Shown: one piece after another, positions 50,932 through 60,752 of the stretch
How the letters are laid out: each line of letters begins with the position of its first letter
How positions within the stretch are numbered: the first letter of the stretch is position 1
NCBI RefSeq assembly: GCF_006345805.1
Contig: NC_043019.1
Location: forward strand, 29,821,360-29,885,359
DNA: 64,000 nt
Direction of reading: 5' to 3'
DNA from: Octopus sinensis
Lineage: Eukaryota
Notes under the pieces: model-generated
The model's input: the letters and a program-made list of their open reading frames with translations, nothing else
Told to the model about the DNA's origin: nothing
Database searches by the model: none
Translations under genes and position numbers: made by a program

Positions 50932-53900
50932 GAAAGAAATGAAGTGAGCATCCACTGGAACTGCTATGTGAAAAATGTGTAACAATTAGTGCAAAAGTGC
51001 TGAGTGAAAAACTGGGTATAAGAGGAACCAGATGCTGTGCTGCTATGGACAAAGCTGTATATAGAAGTTGTTTGCTTAATGAGGCTGCAACCTGTGGAAG
51101 AAATCCCAGGAAGATATGCCATGAAATGGTGAAAGCCTTCAGAGTCCTGAGCTTGGCAGATGAGATGGCAAAGGACTGGGATCTCTGGCAATATGAGGTT
51201 CTCAAAAGGAAATGCACCCTCCTCAGCAAAACTGAGGTTTGGAAGTGCTATGTTTTGGGTTCAACTGTTACAGTGACCTGACCCCTATGCATTTGGCTGC
51301 CTCTTCTCCTGACTCTGCAGACTACTCAGTCATATCATATCTTTCTTGTTCCCTCATCTCATACCCAGCAACTGTATCATCTTTAATACCCTTGCTGATC
51401 ACTCCACCCCCACTTTTCTGCATCCCTTTATCATCACCAGTTTCATCCACTTTTCAACTGAACCCATCTTGGCAGTCTGCCTCCTCACCAGACATCCACC
51501 TTCTCATACAATCTTGCAAACTGCCCACCCATCCACTTCTACTCAGCTTGTGCCTTGTTGTGGGGCACCTGAGCACCTTATCACCAGTATCTATGTCTTG
51601 CCTTTCCTACTGATCTCTTTCTGTTCTCACCTTTTCCCCTACTTGATATGAGTAGTCATGCAGATCCCTCCGCAAACCTACACTGCCACCCCTGTTGCTC
51701 TCATAGTAAACCCTCTTATCCCCTAGCACAAAGCTAAACCTCTGGCCCCATCTCTCCCAGGGTTTGTAGTTCTGCAAAACTGCATGGTGATCTCAATAAT
51801 GCAGGGGGCATGAAAAAGGTTATGCTCAAAGGGCTGAACTAGCAGGTATGCAATAATAGAGCAAACTTAGTCACAAGGCTATGCCTACACAAATACAATT
51901 TTTGACTTTATCATATATAGACATCTGCTTGATATGGAAAAGAGTGTGAAGAGAAGTATATTATATTTTCTGTTATCATTGCTGTATTATATACTCTCTT
52001 GATAACTTACCTTTCCTTAAAAGTAGTCATTATTTATCAGGTGAAAAGGATACTCTTGCATCTCTTACTTCTATGACACAATCAACACTTTTGATACGGC
52101 TGACCATTTTTTGCATGCCTGTAAAAACACATAATTGATATTATGCAGGTGTAACAATAGTTGAGCATTGGGGGGGGGGGGTCAATGTACTCGACTAACC
52201 CCTTCCCCTAAAATTTCAGGCCTTGTGTCTATTAGTAGAAAAGAATTTTCCTCTGGTATTAAAAAGTTCCCATCTCTACACTCATAATTGTTTACTTGTT
52301 ACAAAGTTATTTTTTTAACACTCGATGAGTTGACTGTGGGAAAGGAAAATAATTGTTTCAATTTTAGGGAAAGGGAGGGGGGTCATTCGATTGTATTGAT
52401 CCCAGTAAATAACTCTTTTAAAGCAGTGCGGTCTGCTTGATGATAAGCCACGTCTTATGCGGCCTGCATCTTGAAAAAGGTTACCCATGCCCGATTCACA
52501 TAAAAATATCTCATGAAATTTAAAGCAAGGGAAATAACCCTCGCCAGACTAATTTAGACCGAGAAAGTTTGGCGCTTGTTTGACAGATATTCTAATTAAA
52601 TATGTTCTGCATTCTAAGTTCAAACCATCTCATCTTTGTGAACTTCTTTCACCTCATCCCCAGCCTTGGATAAAATATCATATATTTGTCTCTCTCGCCC
52701 AGTCTACCACAGATTAAGTGGCAATTACGATCGACTGATTTCCCCACCTTCTCTCTGTCAAGTCATTCAACCGTAACTTGCACACTCTCAGTTGTTCGTC
52801 CGTCGATCCCACAAGGGCCATCTAATCATCTTGGCGTGGTTGGGATGTGATATTCCGACTACTGCAATGAAAATCCACAGACTTTGGCTACGAAGGATTT
52901 CGGCATTTTTACACAAGTGTGCTTGGTCCGATTTTGTTCCTGCATAACTTTCAGAAAAATGGATATTTTTAACCGAAATTTTCCACGAATAACTTTCAGA
53001 TGGTGTACATTCTGATATCGTTCTGAGAAATGTTTTCAGAGATGAGAGAGAATACTTTCTGATAATTCACTGGAACCAACTTCGTTTCCTCATAACTTTC
53101 CGAAATATGAATAGCTTTTAACAAAAGTTTTTACAAATAACTTTCAGATGTTGTAGATTACGATTATAACGGAATTAAATGAGAGAAAAAGGTGGGTGCA
53201 CACAAATATATATATATATTTGGCACGTAAAAAGCACCATCCGACCGTGGCCGTTTGCCAGCCCCGTCTGGCACCTGTGCCGGTGGCACGTAAAAGCACC
53301 CACTACACTCACGAAGTGGTTGGCGTTAGGAAGGGCATCCAGCCGTAGAAACATTGCCAGATCAGACTGGAGCCTGGTGCAGCCTTCTGGCCTCCCAGAC
53401 CCCAGTTGAACTGTCCAACCCATGCTAGCATGGAAAGCGGACGCTAAATGATGATGATGATGATGGCACACATCTCATACATCAGCAAAATGAAAATTTT
53501 AAAAAATTGTCATTATGTATGCGCGCCCCTCGCCTCCACTAATTTTTTTCCACATTAAATTCCGGCATAATCTCACTGTACACCGTCTGAAAGGTATGTG
53601 AAGAAAATTTCATTGAAAAATATCCACTTTTCTGAAAGTCATGAGGAAACAAAGTCGATGGGGCACATTGTGTAGGTACGCCTAAGTTTCAACCATTACT
53701 AATCAATAAAGACAACGACTGACTAAGCAGTACCTTCAGTATGAAACGCAATCACGCAGAAGACCAGAGAACCACAATTCCCGCTTATAATACACCTCAA
53801 GTGAGTCTGAAACCACAGAAGATGTGCAGGAAACCCGTTACTTATTCTAACGGTCGCTTTTGCCGAACCGCTAAGTTACGGGGACGTAAACACACCAATA

Positions 53901-54079
53901 CCGGCTGTAAGCGGTGATGGGGGACAGACGTTTCCGTCTACCAGATCTGCTGACAAGGTTTTCGTTAGCCCAAGGCTATAGTAGAAGACTGTCTCCGAAG
54001 GTGCCACGCAGTGCGACTGAACACGGGATCATAGGATTGGGAAGCAAACTGCTTACCACACAGCCACGCCTGCGGCTAT

Positions 54080-54114
<35 letters not shown>

Positions 54115-56305
54115 TCTTACATAGACATACTGTAAGAATAAACATTTATTTACATGAAAGAAAATTACGGTTGAACTTTCATCTAATTCTTCCAAATCTT
54201 TCTGTTAAAACTGTATTGAAACCATTTGTGGGGAATTTATAAGAATAGCAATCTTAACTGTATATTCGAAAGGTATAAACACCCGGTGTTTTACACAATG
54301 GACAGCCTATCTCTCTCGCTTTTACTCTTTCACTTGTTTCAGTCATTTGACTGCGGCCATGCTGGAGCACCGCCTTTAGTCGAGCAAATCAACCCCAGGA
54401 CTTATTCTTTGTAAGCCCAGTACTTGTTCTATCGGTCTCTTTTGCCGAACCGCTAAGTGACGGGGACGTAAACACACCAGCATCGGTTGTCAAGCAATGC
54501 TAGGGGGACAAACACAGACACACAAACATATACACGACAGGCTTCTTTCAGTTTCCGTCTATCAAATCCACTCACAAGGCATTGGTCGGCCTGGGGCTAT
54601 AGCAGAAGACACTTGCCCAAGATGCCACGCACCATCCTTTTTTTATTTTTTCAAGGACATTAACAAAAGTGTATTGAAATAGCTTCGACCAGGGACAAAC
54701 CGAGAGTATTCACTACCACAGACAAATATTAAACAAACACAAACCAATGACGAAACCTGCATATTGCCGCTCGACCTGCTAGAAATAGCAGCCAAACTTT
54801 TTCAAATCACTCCTTACAGCTTCAAGTAAAGAAAAAACACCCGTTGTTGTCTTTTACGTAAGGTAACGTAAGGAGCACTCCGTCGGTTACGACGATGAGG
54901 GTCCCAGCTGATACGATCAACGGAGCAGCTTGCTCGTGGAATTAACGTGCAAGCCACAGACACGTGTACCCTTAACGTAGTTCTCGAGGAGATTCAGCGT
55001 GACAAGGCTGGCCCTTTGAAATACAGGTACAACAGAAACAGGAAGAAAGAGTGAGAGAAAGTTGTGGTGAAAGAGTACAGCAGGGTTCACCCCCCCCCCC
55101 TGCAGGAGCCTCGTGAAGCTTTAGGTGTTTTCGCTCAATAAACACTCACAATGCCCGGTCTGGGAATCGAAACCGCGAGTCCGCTGCCCTAACCACTGGG
55201 CCATTGCGCCTCCACTGTCTTTTACGTATCACTAAAAAGACAGGAATGCCTTTGATTATGATGAGCCTCCACGATCAGGGCTGGCCTCGATCAAAACAAC
55301 AATATTGAATACACAGGCCAATTTCTTATAGTAAACAAACAACTTGACGTACAAACACGATTGGGGAAACGTTCGTACACCCAATGACAAATATGCATGC
55401 AGATGCATGGTCATCTTAGCAGCACTATCAACCGTTGGGAAAAAATCAATGCACCGGGCCTATAGTATTTATTTGCAGGAGTGGCTGTGTGGTAAGTAGC
55501 TTGCTAACCAACCACATGGTTCCGGGTTCAGTCCCACTGCGTGGCATCTTGGGCAAGTGTCTTCTGCTATAGCTCCGGGCCGACCAATGCCTTGTGAGTG
55601 GATTTGGTAGACGGAAAATGAAAGAAGCCTGTCGTATATGTGTATATGTATATGTGTGTGTTTGTGTGTCTGTGTTTGTCCTCCTAGCATTGCTTGACAA
55701 CCGATGCTGGTGTGTTTACGTCCCCGTCACTTAGCGGTTCGGCAAAAGGGACCGATAGAATAAGTACTGGGCTTACAAAGAATAAGTCCCGGGGTCGATT
55801 TGCTCGACTAAAGGCGGTGCTCCAGCATGGCCGCAGTCAAAATGACTGAAACAAGTAAAAGAGTAAAAGAACGACCTACATATATCAGAATCGGGCCCCT
55901 AGAAGTCGTGAGGCCCAAGGACAACTGCCTAGTGTGTCCCCCGCCTCAAATAAAGCACTATGCACGTGTGTAGTACCTTGCTGATGTTGTCTAAATTCCA
56001 ATGGAACTAGCTCAGAAACAACACCCTTGTTTCTGAACTAGAGACTTGGCTCTTAGGGGCAGAGATTTGAAAAATTAAAACCGGAAACATATAATTGATC
56101 AGCAAGTAAATAAATACAAGGCAACGTAAAATAAAAAGAAAAAAGAATAAATAAACATCATCACAAATAGCTTATGCTTTGTTTTATAAGATGCATAAGC
56201 AATACCTTTATGCATGTGACCAGGAAACCACTTGGCAACGTTTTTGTTTGCTAACGTAAAAGACTTTCGGAAAAGATGTCCATGTTTGACAAATTTCTCT
56301 GCCAT
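30511..56305 (-). CDS. MTG1: MTG1, mitochondrial ribosome-associated GTPase 1 (RbgA/YlqF circularly permuted GTPase); 10 coding exons, 990 nt, 329 aa
   Basis: Exons: 56305-56206, 52118-52054, 50100-49906, 45916-45860, 43828-43738, 37018-36957, 35284-35188, 33927-33846, 31465-31350, 30635-30511. All introns are GT-AG and the phases join into one ORF. Motifs in circularly permuted order: WFPGHM, EVRDARIPLSG, NKADL (G4), GIPNVGKSS (G1), GITR (G2), DTPG (G3), and C-terminal [12 protein letters not shown]. Confidence 0.97.
31350..31465 (-). CDS. MTG1: MTG1 exon 9 (116 nt)
   Basis: ttttttcag|[39 protein letters not shown]|gtgact. Confidence 0.92.
32614..32997 (+). mobile_element. Representative of the dominant ~380-bp tRNA-headed SINE with internal (TA)(TG) microsatellite (roughly 25-30 full or partial copies in the window, both strands)
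   Basis: Head GGCGCAGGAGTGGCTGTGTGGTAAG...GGTTCAGTCCC carries A/B boxes; tail ...GAAACAAGTAAAAGAGT. Other + copies start near 1636, 6960, 16915, 20110, 36010, 40741, 49483, 55475, 57164 and 58458. The - copies are near 4490, 5757, 14510, 18575, 23020, 29860, 30945, 33025, 42230, 53840 and 54320. Confidence 0.9.
33846..33927 (-). CDS. MTG1: MTG1 exon 8 (82 nt)
   Basis: ctttacag|(A)[26 protein letters not shown](R)|gtaaat. Confidence 0.94.
34788..35020 (+). mobile_element. Second SINE family (GGC..GAGCTGGCAGAATCGTTAGC head), young copy
   Basis: 15-bp TSD GTATGTTGCTGTATT (34773-34787 and 35021-35035); B-box GTTCAAATTCC. Further copies lie near 2470, 10370-11215, 13660, 27060, 35320, 41880 and 44520. 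Confidence 0.82.
35188..35284 (-). CDS. MTG1: MTG1 exon 7 (97 nt, DTPG)
   Basis: ttaccccag|[33 protein letters not shown]|gtaagt. Confidence 0.96.
36957..37018 (-). CDS. MTG1: MTG1 exon 6 (62 nt)
   Basis: ttccatgcag|(G)[20 protein letters not shown]|gtaact. Confidence 0.94.
37285..37838 (-). mobile_element. Non-autonomous mariner element
   Basis: TIR TTGGGTTGTCCGGAAAGT.CGTGC.GATTT with TA TSD. A degenerate [19 protein letters not shown]-like remnant is present on the - strand. Confidence 0.82.
38820..40020. repeat. Large compound (TA)n/(TG)n/(CA)n microsatellite fields (38820-39190 and 39565-40020); similar fields at 15720-16330 and 60230-60430
   Basis: Seen directly in the sequence; source of the [10 protein letters not shown] ORFs. 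Confidence 0.95.
42805..43485 (+). mobile_element. Mariner (DD34D) transposase remnant with right TIR
   Basis: FHQDNA.LH...[26 protein letters not shown]; ends ...GAATGACCCAATA. Confidence 0.85.
43738..43828 (-). CDS. MTG1: MTG1 exon 5 (91 nt, P-loop)
   Basis: tttctttcag|[31 protein letters not shown]|gtaagg. Confidence 0.96.
44071..44453 (+). mobile_element. Related Helitron-like element (different body); another 3' end lies at about 13020-13147
   Basis: ACTAGC start with hairpin; (CAGA)n...TTTATATATATAGAGAT end. Confidence 0.55.
45261..45479 (-). mobile_element. piggyBac-type MITE, second 219-bp copy in opposite orientation (a degenerate third copy is at about 6297-6510)
   Basis: TTAA flanks, same TIR and length, and reverse-complement internal similarity to 21162-21380. 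Confidence 0.8.
45860..45916 (-). CDS. MTG1: MTG1 exon 4 (57 nt)
   Basis: ttttttccag|[19 protein letters not shown]|gtaagt. Confidence 0.9.
45958..46270 (+). mobile_element. RTE-clade LINE 3' end, well preserved
   Basis: [39 protein letters not shown]...[17 protein letters not shown]; CpGs are retained. Inserted about 40 nt upstream of the MTG1 exon 4 acceptor. Confidence 0.85.
48620..49105 (-). mobile_element. RNase H-bearing non-LTR retrotransposon fragment (I/Ingi/Nimb-like)
   Basis: TIYTDG...[10 protein letters not shown] and [16 protein letters not shown] are RNase H motifs. Confidence 0.75.
49906..50100 (-). CDS. MTG1: MTG1 exon 3 (195 nt)
   Basis: [10 protein letters not shown]...NKADLCD...VIKKD|gtttgt. 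The donor was chosen as the best-fitting phase-0 GT for exon 4. Confidence 0.88.
50233..50610 (+). mobile_element. Helitron-like element, second copy, inside the U12 intron
   Basis: Same ends and body as 14116-14503, with a short internal duplication near 50290-50400. Confidence 0.65.
50960..51270 (+). mobile_element. Degenerate RTE-like LINE 3' fragment
   Basis: [14 protein letters not shown]...[14 protein letters not shown] resembles GRGRP.KTW.E.VK.DL...DR..WR. Confidence 0.5.
52054..52118 (-). CDS. MTG1: MTG1 exon 2 (65 nt)
   Basis: ttttacag|(G)[21 protein letters not shown]|gtatcctttt. Not in the ORF track; read manually. Confidence 0.95.
52911..53677. mobile_element. Old DNA element with long (about 100 bp) imperfect TIRs and a nested SINE-like insertion (about 53190-53470)
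   Basis: 52911-53010 is reverse-complementary to about 53570-53677 (shared ACTTTCAGAAAA.TGGATATTTTT and TTTCAGA.GGTGTACA). Confidence 0.55.
54861..55215 (-). mobile_element. Third tRNA-headed SINE, young insertion in MTG1 intron 1
   Basis: 13-bp TSD TGTCTTTTACGTA (54848-54860 and 55216-55228). The head on - is GTGGAGGCGCAATGGCCCAGTGGTTAGGGCAGCGG...GGTTTCGATTCCC; a related head is at 23731. Confidence 0.82.
56206..56305 (-). CDS. MTG1: MTG1 exon 1 (coding part, 100 nt)
   Basis: [34 protein letters not shown]|gtattg; phase 1 out. Confidence 0.93.
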
Positions 56306-56475
56306 TATTCTGTGGGAAACTCGAGCACACGCTTCGGCTAGTCAATCATGGGAGCTGACATATTTAAACACCCCCGTATGTCTGACAGTTTCTATATAAT
56401 TAATACTGGAGAAACGAAACGAAATCTAGACGGCGTGCGTCCGACATCCTCATGAAGATGTATACACGCGCGCAT
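56306..56475 (-). promoter_or_regulatory. Probable MTG1 5' UTR / core promoter
   Basis: Non-repetitive, locally CpG-enriched stretch immediately upstream of the MTG1 ATG. Confidence 0.45.
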
Positions 56476-57771
56476 ACACATACATATTTATAGCTATATA
56501 TGTATGGGTATATATATATATATATATATATAAATTTAAAAATAGGATAAAATCTTTATAAGAAATTATGAAGTAGTTAGCGTAGTTAGTTTATTTTAGT
56601 ATTTTTGACTGTAAAAGTCCCTCCTAGCGTGCGGTACCTATGAATAATAGTACCCTATATATATATTTAATTTACTCTCACTCCCTCTTTACATTTACCT
56701 CTTCTTCTTTCAACCCTTTCACTCCCAATCACACACACACACACACTGGCTCTCTCTCTTTCACACTGTCTCTTTCTCTCTATCACTTACTCTCCTCTTC
56801 TCTATATCTTATTCACGTTCTCCTTCTCTCGATTCTTATATTTATCCAACTTATTATATCACTGTTTACCTCCTCCCTGTCTTTCTCCCTCTTATATTAT
56901 CTCTTATTGTTTCATTCTTTCTTTAAACCATTAACAATCTCTTTCCTCTCTTTCCTCTTTCCCTAGCAGTCTCCTCCCGTTCTTCCCCCTCTCTGTCATT
57001 TTCTTTCTTTTATCCCCTCTCTATCTATATCCTCCTCCTCTCTCATGTCCTTATAAGCTTTACCCCACTCCCCGTATGAATGACTCCCTCATCTAAACTT
57101 TGTCACCTGTGAATTCCATATCAATCACAGATTTTTAAATTAATTTTTAAAGAAATAAACATAGGCGCAGGAGTGGCTGTGTGGTAAGTAGCTTGCTAAC
57201 CAACTACATGGTTCCGGGTTCAGTCCCACTGTGTGGCATCTTGGGCTATAGCCCCGGGCCGACCAATGCCTTGTGAGTGGATTCGGTAGACGGAAACTCA
57301 AAGAAGCCTGTCGTATATATGTATATATATATATATATATATGTGTTTGTGTGTTTGTCCCCCTAGCATTGCTTGACAACTGATGCTGGTGTGTTTACGT
57401 CCCCGTCACTTAGAATAAGTACTGGGCTTACAAAGAATAAGTCCCGGGGTCGATTTGCTCGACTGAAGGCGGTGCTCCAGCATGGCCGCAGTCAAATGAC
57501 TGAAACAAGTAAAAGAGTTTGAAACTTCGAATGCTAGGAGAATTTTTCACGTAGAACACGGTTTACTCTGAACGCTTTTGACAAAATTTCGTATTTTAGA
57601 AGTTATTTCGTGTTAAAGTTGTCATATTTGGGTAATTTTAACCAATCAAAGACGTGTATTTAGCTGAAGAAATGTACTGCAGTTTGTGGAAAAGCAACAA
57701 CTTCCGGGTCATCTCTACTAAACGCATTTGGATATTTTTACTTACTGCCTGAGATTATTTTTACCACTCTG

Positions 57772-58170
57772 GGATCTTTTCAGTTTGAACGGCAGTTTTT
57801 AAAATAATTTCCATGTAACTAAACACTTTTAAACTTCGTATACTGGTAGAATGTGTTTATAAAACATCATTTTCTCTTGGCTTTATTGAGAAAATTCTAT
57901 TTGTAAGATATTTGTTGTTTTTTTCTTCAATTTCTGAAATTTCAACCAATCAATGACGTCTATTGAGGTAAAAAACATTCTGTGCCGTATGAATATGTCT
58001 CTCGTTTAAGAAACAGATTGGGTTTATTTAAATTTGTGAAGAAAAAAGATACCCTTCCCCCTACCCCTAAAACAGATTGAAATGCAATAGATCGATACCA
58101 GGGTTATATTATGGGTAACAATTTCATATGACACCGCTAGAAAAAGCTGCCGTTCAAACTGAAAATATCC
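57772..58170. mobile_element. Second copy of the GGATC-ended MITE
   Basis: Same TIRs and internal sequence; TSD CCACTCTG at 57764-57771 and 58171-58178. Confidence 0.85.
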
Positions 58171-58689
58171 CCACTCTGTTCTATTTTATTTTTGCTTACT
58201 TGCCTGTGTTAATTTTGGGATTTATTTTCATCCCCTTTGCGGTTTTTTTTTTTTACACGAACACAGTATATTGAGGGCAGAGATTCCAATTCTGCAAAAA
58301 AATATGCATAAAAAAATTTATATTCCCCCGCCATATATTTCTTAAGTTTTCACTTCTTTTAAAAAAATTTTGGCGAAATACGTAAAAAAAATACGGAGAT
58401 TATGATTCTGAAAAAAAAAATTTGTAAAATTTTTCAACACAAAAAAAAAAAAATTAACGCAGGAGTGGCTGTGTGGTAAGTAGCTTGCTTACCAACCTGG
58501 TTCAGTCCCACTGCGTGGCACCTTGGGCAAGTGTCTTCTACTATAGCCTCGGGCTGACCAAAGCCTTGTGAGTGGATTTGGTAGATGGAAACTGAAAGAA
58601 GCCCATCATATATATGTATATGTATATATATGGGTATGTATTTGTGTGTCTGTGTTTGTCCCTCAACATCGCTTGACAACCGATGCATT

Positions 58690-58945
58690 TCATGGAAAGT
58701 TCCATGGATGTGATGTACTGAAAAATTCCGGAGATTTCCTTCGGGGTTCCATGGATCATGGACTTCCTGGAAAGTTCCGAGGATTTCATGGAAATTTCCG
58801 TGTATGAGAGACTTTCTGGAAAGTTCTGTGGATGGGAATTTCTAGAAAATTCCGAGGATTTCATGGAAAGTTCCGTGGATGAGGGATTTCCTGGAAAGAT
58901 CTGGGGATGGGAATTCCTGGAAAATTCCGAGGAAACTTCCTGAAA
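58690..58945. repeat. 75-bp higher-order minisatellite composed of GGAAANTTCC-type palindromes
   Basis: Corresponding motifs recur at 58769/58844/58919, 58790/58865 and 58834/58909 (period 75). Confidence 0.85.
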
Positions 58946-59130
58946 TCCTGTTGCTAGACATAGGGTCTTCCAGCAGCCACCCTCTTGATATAGGGCAGCG
59001 CTACCTCCTTCAGGCATTTGATGTAGTTTCGGCAGCCGGGGGTGTTTGTCTCCCCTTCGTATATGTATATAAGGACACAGGGAAAAATGTGTCAAAGCCA
59101 TCAGGAGGCGTTTGATGCTTCCTAGGGCTA
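58945..59130 (-). mobile_element. Tc1/mariner-superfamily transposase fragment
   Basis: The - strand reads NYIKCLKEVALPYIKRVAAGRPYV*QQD, the segment leading to the second catalytic Asp (W to stop). It is cut off by the adjacent minisatellite. Confidence 0.65.
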
Positions 59131-60270
59131 TACAGCAGTGGTGTACCCCCTACTGTCACGTTCTTGTTAGATTGACAGTATACAACCATTCTATCGCCCC
59201 ACCACCGTACATGTCTCTACAAGAGATTTAGAAATTCAATATTTCTTATATATAAATATATATATGTATATATATATATATATATATATGCCGGTGGCAT
59301 GTAAAAGGCACCCATGCTGGTGACACATAAAAAAAACATTCAGTAAACTCTGTGAAAATGGTTGGTGTTAGGAAGGATCATTTAGCCTTAGAAAGCAAGC
59401 CAAAACAGACAACTGGAGCCTGGTGCAGCTCTCTGGCTTACTACCTCAAGTCAAATTGTCTAACCCATGCAAGCATGGAGAACAGATGTTAAATGATGAT
59501 GATAATGATGATGACAATGAAGACCAGGTATAAATAACGGTCATCACATATTCCTTTATTGTAGTAAATTTGACTAACAGTTGTTTCCGATAATCATTAT
59601 TGGTTTGTTCATTGATCGGTTTACTCACACGGTCCATCGCTACTTTTGTCCAAGTCATGGTATTCTGGTAAAAAAAACAAAAAAAAAAAAACAAAGCAGG
59701 ACAATGACAAATAAAGAAAACAGGCCTGGGAAAGGGAGCATATGTACAGGTGTGGCTGTGTGCTTGAGAAGCTTGCTTCCCAACCACATAATTCCAGGTT
59801 CAGTCCCACTGCATGGCACCTTGGGCAAGTCAGTGTCTTTTGCTGTAGCCTTGGGTTGACCAAAGACTTGTGAGCGGATTTGGTAGATGGAAACTAAAAG
59901 AAACCCATTGTATATCATCATCCTCATCATCATAATCATCATCATCATTTAACATCTGCTGTCCATGCTGGCATGGGTTGGACGGTTTGACCAGAGCTGG
60001 CAAGCTGGGGAGCTGCACCAGACTTTAGTCTGGTTTGGCATCCCTTCCTAATGCCGACCACTTTGCAGTGTGTGCTGGGTGCTCGTACATGGCTCTGTGC
60101 AGGCACTTCTATGTGGCACTGTATGGGTGCCTACACCACCAGAGGAACCAGTCTTAACATTTCTGCTGTGGAGTATGGGTTTTCTTGAGTACAGCAAGGT
60201 GCCAGGCATCTTGGTCCTTTGTCATCTCATACATGTATATCATATACATACATACATATATATGTGTATA

Positions 60271-60316
<46 letters not shown>

Positions 60317-60355
60317 ATATATATATTATATATATATAATATATATATATATATG

Positions 60356-60431
<76 letters not shown>

Positions 60432-60714
60432 TTTTAAATGTCTTACTTTGAAAAATTGCATTCGGTGGGATTAGTAATATTTTTGGTAGAAATGACTGAT
60501 TGTCCCTCTTAGCGTTTGGCATGTATGTATAATGCCGTCTGGCATGTATGTATAATGCCCTCTATATATAAATTAATATGTTCAATAAGAAATAATTATT
60601 TTCGAAATTTTTTCTCTTATGAGGTTTTTACGCTATCTACCTGACAATTTCTTGTTAAGTTTTCCTTATTAAGTAGTTGTCCTTAATTGCTAAATATATA
60701 TATATATATATATA

Positions 60715-60752
<38 letters not shown>

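Larger units (their letters stand above)
50101..52053 (-). other. MTG1: U12-type (minor spliceosome) GT-AG intron, MTG1 intron 2
   Basis: The 5' splice site is GTATCCTTTT. A branch site TTCCCTTAAC (50120-50111) lies directly before ATTTGAACAG|, and there is no polypyrimidine tract. Confidence 0.9.

Noticed and set aside
56640-56966. Hydrophobic ORFs such as 56640-56966, 62132-62512 and 3999-4223 as membrane proteins
   Set aside because: They derive from CT-rich low-complexity DNA (F/L/S bias) and have no motif or splice support.
58541-59101. 186-aa ORF with 25-aa repeats (SSEFSRNSHPQ...)
   Set aside because: It is a chimera: an off-frame mariner fragment, the 75-bp minisatellite (multiple of 3, so it stays open) and an antisense SINE. 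It has no splice or homology support.
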